A stretch of 60,267 bases of DNA from Utricularia gibba (Eukaryota > Plantae > Magnoliophyta): assembly GCA_002189035.1 (NCBI GenBank), contig NEEC01000179.1, positions 1 through 60,267 of the forward strand, read 5' to 3'. The notes under the pieces were generated by a model. It saw nothing but the letters and a program-made list of their open reading frames with translations. It was not told the origin of the DNA and searched no databases. A program made the position numbers and the translations under genes. Positions 53,001 through 60,267 of the stretch are shown here, piece by piece; position 1 is the stretch's first letter, and each line of letters opens with the position of its first letter.

Positions 53001-55644
53001 AAGGACCAAGTTCCCAGCGAGACTGGCCGCCACAAAACGAGAAGCGGTTCCTTGAAAAACCATGTAGGCAGCCCCGAAAACCGAACGTAATAAATACATC
53101 ACTTTTTTGCCGGACTACAACTTACTTTGGCAAGGCCTAAGCTGACTTTTCCGGTTCCAAGTGCCCCCAAGACCGCCTCCTCAAGTATAAAGTAAGTTGT
53201 TAAAAAATCATGTGGGGTGCACGTGATATCGTAATTTAAACAAATGCATCATTTTTTTAATCGATTTGCATCCAGTTGACCTCATGAGCCATAAAGAATC
53301 GGGGCCGGACAAGTTCCCAGCGAGACTGGCCGCCACGAGAAGCTGTTCCTTGAAAAACCATGTAGGCAGCCCCCGAAAACCGAACGTAATAAACATCACT
53401 TTATTTGCCGGGCTACAACTAAAGCCAAACACCTTTTCCGTTCCAGGTGCACCAAAGACCGCCTCTCAAGTATAAAGTAAGTTGTTGAAAAAATCATGTG
53501 GGGTGCACGTGATATCGCAATTTAAACAAATGCAACATTGTATTCATCGATTTGCATCCTTTTGTCCTCATGAGCCATAAGAATCGCGGGCCCGGACCAA
53601 GTTCCTAGCGAGACTGGCCGCCACAAAACGAGAAGCTGTTCCTTGAAAAACCATGTAGGCAACACCGAAAACCGAACGTTAATAAATACATCACTTTCTT
53701 TGCCGGCTACAACTTACTTTGGGCCAAGGCCTAAGCTGATCTTTTTCCGGTTCAAGTGCCCCCAAGACCGCCTCCTCAAGTATAAAGTAAGTTGTTGAAA
53801 AAATCATGTGGGGTGCACGTGACATCGTAATTTAAACAAATGCATCATTTTTTTTAATCGATTTGCATCCAGTTGACCTCATGAGCCATACAGAATCGGG
53901 GTCAAGGACCAAGTTCCCAGCGAGACTGGCCGCCACAAAACGAGAAGCGGTTCCTTGAAAAACCATGTAGGCAGCCCCCGAAAACCGAACGATAATAAAT
54001 ACATCACTTTATTTGCCGGACTACAACTAACTCTCGGGCAAGCCAAACCTTACCTTTGTCCCGTTCCAGGTGCACCCAAAGACCGCCTCTCAAGTATAAA
54101 GTAAGTTGAAAAAATCATGTGGGGTGCACGTGATATCGCAATTTAAACAAATGCAACATTGTATTCATCGATTTGCATCCTTTTCCTCATGAGCCATAAA
54201 GAATCGGGCCCGGACCAAGTTCCTAGCGAGACTGGCCGCCACAAAACGAGAAGCTGTTCCTTGAAAAACCATGTAGGCAACACCGAAAACCGAACGTTAA
54301 TAAATACATCACTTTCTTTGCCGGGCTACAACTTACTTTGGGCCAAGGCCTAAGCTGACTTTTTCCGGTTCCAAGTGCCCCAAACCGCCTCTCAAGTATA
54401 AAGTAAGTTGTTAAAAAAATCATGTGGGTGCACGTGACATCATAATTTAAACAAATGCATCATTTTTTTTAATCGATTTGCATCCAGTTGACCTCATGAG
54501 CCATACAGAATCGGGGTCAAGGACCAAGTTCCAGCGAGACTGGCCGCCACAAAACGAGAAGCGGTTCCTTGAAAAACCATGTAGGCAGCCCCCGAAAACC
54601 GAACGTAATAAATACATCACTTTATTTGCCGGACTACAACTTACTTTGGCCAAGGCCTAAGCTGACTTTTTCCGGTTCCAAGTGCCCCCAAGACCGCCTC
54701 CTCAAGTATAAAGTAAGTTGTTAAAAAAATCATGTGGGGTGCACGTGATCGTAATTTAAACAAATGCATCATTTTTTTTAATCGATTTGCATCCTTGACC
54801 TCATGAGCCATAAAGAATCGGGGCAAGGACCAAGTTCCCAGCGAGACTGGCCGCCACAAAACGAGAAGCGGTTCCTTGAAAAACCATGTAGGCAGCCGAA
54901 AACCGAACGTAATAAATACATCACTTTATTTGCCGGACTACAACTAACTGCAAGCCTAAGCTGACCTTTTCCGTTCCAGTGCACCCAAAGACCGCCTCTC
55001 AAGTATAAAGTAAGTTGTTGAAAAAATCATGTGGGGTGCACGTGATATCGCAATTTAAACAAATGCAACATTGTATTCATCGATTTGCATCCTTTTGTCC
55101 TCATGAGCCATAAAGAATCGCGGGCCCGGACCAAGTTCCTAGCGAGACTGGCCGCCACAAAACGAGAAGCTGTTCCTTGAAAAACCATGTAGGCAACACC
55201 GAAACCGAACGTTAATAAATACATCACTTTCTTTGCCGGGCTACAACTTACTTTGGCCAAGGCCTAAGCTGATCTTTTTCCGGTTCCAGTGCCCCAAGAC
55301 CGCCTCTCAAGTATAAAGTATGTTGTTAAAAAAATCATGTGGGGTGCACGTGACATCGTAATTTAAACAAATGCATCATTTTTTTTAATCGATTTGCATC
55401 CAGTTGACCTCATGAGCCATACAGAATCGGGGTCAAGGACCAAGTTCCCAGCGAGACTGGCCGCCACAAAACGAGAAGCGGTTCCTTGAAAAACCATGTA
55501 GGCAGCCCCGAAAACCGAACGATAATAAATACATCACTTTATTTGCCGGACTACAACTTACTTCGGGCAAGCCAAGCTGACCTTTGTCCGTTCCAGTGCA
55601 CCCAAAGACCGCCTCTCAAGTATAAAGTAAGTTGTTGAAAAAAT

Positions 55645-57179
55645 CATGTGGGGTGCACGTGATATCGCAATTTAAACAAATGCAACATTGTATTCATCGA
55701 TTTGCATCCTTTTGCCTCATGAGCCATAAGAATCGCGGGCCCGGACCAAGTTCCTAGCGAGACTGGCCGCCACAAAACGAGAAGCTGTTCCTTGAAAAAC
55801 CATGTAGGCAACACCGAAAACCGAACGTTAATAAATACATCACTTTCTTTGCCGGGCTACAACTTACTTTGGGCCAAGCCTAAGCTGATTTTTCCGGTTC
55901 CAAGTGCACCCAAAGACCGCCTCTCAAGTATAAAGTAAGTTGTTGAAAAAATCATGTGGGTGCACGTGATATCAATTTAAACAAATGCATCATTTTTTTC
56001 AATCGATTTGCATCCTTTTGACCTCATGAGCCATAAAGAATCGGGGCCCGGACCAAGTTCCAGCGAGACTGGCCGCCACAAAACGAGAAGCGTTCCTTGA
56101 AAAACCATGTAGGCAACCCGAAAACCGAACGTTAATAAATACATCACTTTCTTTGCCGGGCTACAACTTACTTTGGGCCAAGGCCTAAGCTGACTTTTTC
56201 CGGTTCCAGTGCACCCAAAGACCGCCTTCTCAAGTATAAAGTAAGTTGTTGAAAAAATCATGTGGGTGCACGTGATATCGCAATTTAAACAAATGCATCA
56301 TTGTATTCATCGATTTGCATCCTTTTGTCCTCATGAGCCATAAAGAATCGGGGCCCGGACCAAGTTCCTAGCGAGACTGGCCGCCACAAAACGAGAAGCG
56401 TTCCTTGAAAAACCATGTAGGCAACACCGAAAACCGAACGTTAATAAATACATCACTTTCTTTGCCGGGCTACAACTTACTTTGGGCCAAGGCCTAAGCT
56501 GATCTTTTTCCGGTTCCAAGTGCACCCAAAGACCGCCTCTCAAGTATAAAGTAAGTTGTTGAAAAAATCATGTGGGGTGCACGTGATATCGAATTTAAAC
56601 AAATGCAACATTGTATTCATCGATTTGCATCCTTTTGACCTCATGAGCCATAAAGAATCGGGGGACCAAGTTCCAGCGAGACTGGCCGCCACAAAACGAG
56701 AAGCTGTTCCTTGAAAAACCATGTAGGCAACCGAAAACCGAACGTTAATAAATACATCACTTTCTTTGCCGGGCTACAACTTACTTTGGGCCAAGGCCTA
56801 AGCTTTTTCCGGTTCCAAGTGCCCCAAAGACCGCCTCTCAAGTATAAAGTAAGTTGTTGAAAAAATCATGTGGGGTGCACGTGATATCGCAATTTAAACA
56901 AATGCAACATTGTATTCATCGATTTGCATCCTTTTGTCCTCATGAGCCATAAAGAATCGCGGGCCCGGACCAAGTTCCTAGCGAGACTGGCCGCCACAAA
57001 ACGAGAAGCTGTTCCTTGAAAAACCATGTAGGCAACACCGAAAACCGAACGTTAATAAATACATCACTTTCTTTGCCGGCTACAACTTACTTTGGGCCAA
57101 GGCCTAAGCTGACCTTTTTCCGGTTCCAAGTGCCCCCAAAGACCGCCTCCTCATGTATAAAGTAAGTTGTTAAAAAAAT
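55645..57179 (+). repeat. Run of five B-like monomers
   Basis: Starts 55645, 55953 (hybrid), 56259, 56569, 56867. The next A starts at 57180. Confidence 0.72.
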
Positions 57180-60100
57180 CATGTGGGGTGCACGTGACAT
57201 CGTAATTTAAACAAATGCATCATTTTTTTTAATCGATTTGCATCCAGTTGACCTCATGAGCCATACAGAATCGGGGTCAAGGACCAAGTTCCCAGCGAGA
57301 CTGGCCGCCACAAAACGAGAAGCGGTTCCTTGAAAAACCATGTAGGCAGCCCCGAAAACCGAACGATAATAAATACATCACTTTATTTGCCGGCTACAAC
57401 TAACTCTCGGTGCAAGCCAAACCTTACCTTTGTCCCGTTCCAGGTGCACCCAAAGACCGCCTGCTCAAGTATAAAGTAAGTTGTTGAAAAAATCATGTGG
57501 GGTGCACGTGATATCGCAATTTAAACAAATGCAACATTGTATTCATCGATTTGCATCCTTTTGTCCTCATGAGCCATAAAGAATCGCGGGCCCGGACCAA
57601 GTTCCTAGCGAGACTGGCCGCCACAAAACGAGAAGCTGTTCCTTGAAAAACCATGTAGGCAAACCGAAAACCGAACGTTAATAAATACATCACTTTCTTT
57701 GCCGGGCTACAACTTACTTTGGGCCAAGGCCTAAGCTGACCTTTTTCCGGTTCCAAGTGCCCCCCAAGACCGCCTCCTCATGTATAAAGTATGTTGTTAA
57801 AAATCATGTGGGGTGCACGTGACATCGTAATTTAAACAAATGCATCATTTTTTTTAATCGATTTGCATCCAGTTGACCTCATGAGCCATACAGAATCGGG
57901 GTCAAGGACCAAGTTCCCAGCGAGACTGGCCGCCACAAAACGAGAAGCGGTTCCTTGAAAAACCATGTAGGCAGCCCCCGAAAACCGAACGTAATAAATA
58001 CATCACTTTTTGCCGGACTACAACTAACTCTCGGGCAAGCCAACCTTACTTTGTCCCGTTCCAGGTGCACCCAAAGACCGCCTCTCAAGTATAAAGTAAG
58101 TTGTTGAAAAAATCATGTGGGGTGCACGTGATATCGCAATTTAAACAAATGCAACATTGTATTCATCGATTTGCATCCTTTTGTCCTCATGAGCCATAAA
58201 GAATCGCGGGCCCGGACCAAGTTCCTAGCGAGACTGGCCGCCACAAAACGAGAAGCTGTTCCTTGAAAAACCATGTAGGCAACACCGAAAACCGAACGTT
58301 AATAAATACATCACTTTCTTTGCCGGGCTACAACTTACTTTGGCCAAGGCCTAAGCTGACCTTTTTCCGGTTCCAAGTGCCCCCCAAGACCGCCTCCTCA
58401 AGTATAAAGTAAGTTGTTAAAAAAAATCATGTGGGGTGCACGTGACATCGTAATTTAAACAAATGCATCATTTTTTTTAATCGATTTGCATCCAGTTGAC
58501 CTCATGAGCCATACATCGGGGTCAAGGACCAAGTTCCCAGCGAGACTGGCCGCCACAAAACGAGAAGCGGTTCCTTGAAAAACCATGTAGGCAGCCCCGA
58601 AAACCGAACGATAATAAATACATCACTTTATTTGCCGGACTACAACTAACTCTCGGTGCAAGCCAACCTTACCTTTGTCCCGTTCCAGTGCACCCAAAGA
58701 CCGCCTCTCAAGTATAAAGTAAGTTGTTGAAAAAATCATGTGGGGTGCACGTGATATCGCAATTTAAACAAATGCAACATTGTATTCATCGATTTGCATC
58801 CTTTTGTCCTCATGAGCCATAAAGAATCGGGCCCGGACCAAGTTCCTAGCGAGACTGGCCGCCACAAAACGAGAAGCTGTTCCTTGAAAAACCATGTAGG
58901 CAACACCGAAAACCGAACGTTAATAAATACATCACTTTCTTTGCCGGGCTACAACTTACTTTGGGCCAAGGCCTAAGCTGACCTTTTTCCGGTTCCAAGT
59001 GCCCCCCAAGACCGCCTCCTCATGTATAAAGTAAGTTGTTAAAAAATCATGTGGGGTGCACGTGACATCGTAATTTAAACAAATGCATCATTTTTTAATC
59101 GATTTGCATCCAGTTGACCTCATGAGCCATACAGAATCGGGGTCAAGGACCAAGTTCCCAGCGAGACTGGCCGCCACAAAACGAGAAGCGGTTCCTTGAA
59201 AAACCATGTAGGCAGCCCCGAAAACCGAACGATAATAAATACATCACTTTATTTGCCGGACTACAACTAACTCTCGGGCAAGCCAAACCTTACCTTTGTC
59301 CCGTTCCAGGTGCACCCAAAGACCGCCTCTCAAGTATAAAGTAAGTTGTTGAAAAAATCATGTGGGGTGCACGTGATATCGCAATTTAAACAAATGCAAC
59401 ATTGTATTCATCGATTTGCATCCTTTTGTCCTCATGAGCCATAAAGAATCGCGGGCCCGGACCAAGTTCCTAGCGAGACTGGCCGCCACAAAACGAGAAG
59501 CTGTTCCTTGAAAAACCATGTAGGCAACACCGAAAACCGAACGTTAATAAATACATCACTTTCTTTGCCGGGCTACAACTTACTTTGGGCCAAGGCCTAA
59601 GCTGACCTTTTTCCGGTTCCAAGTGCCCCCAAGACCGCCTCCTCAAGTATAAAGTAAGTTGTTGAAAAAATCATGTGGGGTGCACGTGACATCGTAATTT
59701 AAACAAATGCATCATTTTTTTTTAATCGATTTGCATCCAGTTGACCTCATGAGCCATACAGAATCGGGGTCAAGGACCAAGTTCCCAGCGAGACTGGCCG
59801 CCACAAAACGAGAAGCGGTTCCTTGAAAAACCATGTAGGCAGCCCCGAAAACCGAACGATAATAAATACATCACTTTATTTGCCGGACTACAACTAACTC
59901 TCCAAGCCAAACCTTACCTTTGTCCCGTTCCAGGTGCACCCAAGACCGCCTGCTCAAGTATAAAGTAAGTTGTTGAAAAAATCATGTGGGGTGCACGTGA
60001 TATCGCAATTTAAACAAATGCAACATTGTATTCATCGATTTGCATCCTTTTGTCCTCATGAGCCATAAAGAATCGCGGGCCCGGACCAAGTTCCTAGCGA

Positions 60101-60267
60101 GACTGGCCGCCACAAAACGAGAAGCTGTTCCTTGAAAAACCATGTAGGCAACACCGAAAAACCGAACGTTAATAAATACATCACTTTCTTTGCCGGGCTA
60201 CAACTTACTTTGGGCCAAGGCCTAAGCTGATCTTTTTCCGGTTCCAAGTGCCCCCCAAGACCGCCTC
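57180..60267 (+). repeat. Clean (A-B)x5 block to the window end
   Basis: Starts 57180 A, 57494 B, 57805 A, 58114 B, 58428 A, 58737 B, 59048 A, 59359 B, 59672 A, 59983 B (truncated). Confidence 0.9.

Larger units (their letters stand above)
1..60267 (+). repeat. Tandem satellite DNA array, ~310-bp monomer, ~195 copies, mostly a ~620-bp A/B dimeric higher-order repeat; runs off both ends of the window
   Basis: The anchor aaaaatCATGTGGGGTGCACGTGA recurs at 273, 583, 890, 1201, 1514, 1826, 2136 ... 59359, 59672, 59983 with ~300-315 bp spacing. All copies are on the same strand and I found no unrelated sequence between them. Confidence 0.98.

Noticed and set aside
861-60247. All six-frame ORFs (60-158 aa; recurring peptides such as VSCSPAKKVMYLLTFGFR, MVFQGTASRFVAASLA, MHPFVLMSHKES)
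   Set aside because: They are translations of the satellite. Both monomer classes contain stops, ORF ends shift with homopolymer indels, and I recognise no domain, codon bias or consistent start context.
1-60267. CRISPR array
   Set aside because: There are no unique spacers. The sequence between conserved blocks is itself repeated in every unit, the period is ~310 bp, and no cas genes are present.
1-60267. rDNA, tRNA or snRNA tandem gene cluster
   Set aside because: I found no cloverleaf, convincing Pol III A/B boxes, or rRNA/snRNA sequence. The weak 5S resemblance is listed separately at low interest.
1-60267. Phased A-tracts implying intrinsic curvature
   Set aside because: A/T tracts are present (aaaaaat, ttttttt, aaaa, aaaaa), but I could not see a consistent ~10.5-bp phasing by eye. 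A curvature calculation would be needed.
1-60267. Assignment to a named satellite family (CentO, CentC, alpha satellite or others)
   Set aside because: Only the unit length is similar. I recognise no convincing sequence match and cannot run a search.
1-60267. Homopolymer length variation (g3/g4, t6-t9, c4-c6, a5-a7) as biological polymorphism or phase variation
   Set aside because: The pattern is typical of long-read indel error, and there is no gene for it to regulate.

Overview
The whole 60.3-kb window is one uninterrupted head-to-tail tandem satellite array, about 195 monomers of ~310 bp at ~45% GC (hand count), all in one orientation. It contains no genes, RNA genes, CRISPR array, transposon or unique sequence, and every listed ORF is a translation of the repeat. 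The array has three levels. (1) Each monomer has two anciently diverged ~155-bp halves (30/47 identical over their first 47 nt). (2) There are two monomer classes, A and B, roughly 85-88% identical by manual alignment. (3) A and B mostly alternate, giving a ~620-bp dimeric higher-order repeat (HOR). The alternation is broken by B-rich runs, often carrying a third tail allele (ccTtctcaag), by A/B chimeras, and by several scrambled patches. Many hybrid monomers lack a base exactly where A and B differ, and homopolymer lengths fluctuate. This points to an error-prone long-read consensus of a partly collapsed array, so fine-scale monomer order may be partly artefactual. The array looks like eukaryotic (peri)centromeric or heterochromatic satellite DNA. 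I cannot identify the species or satellite family, and I found no new gene system.
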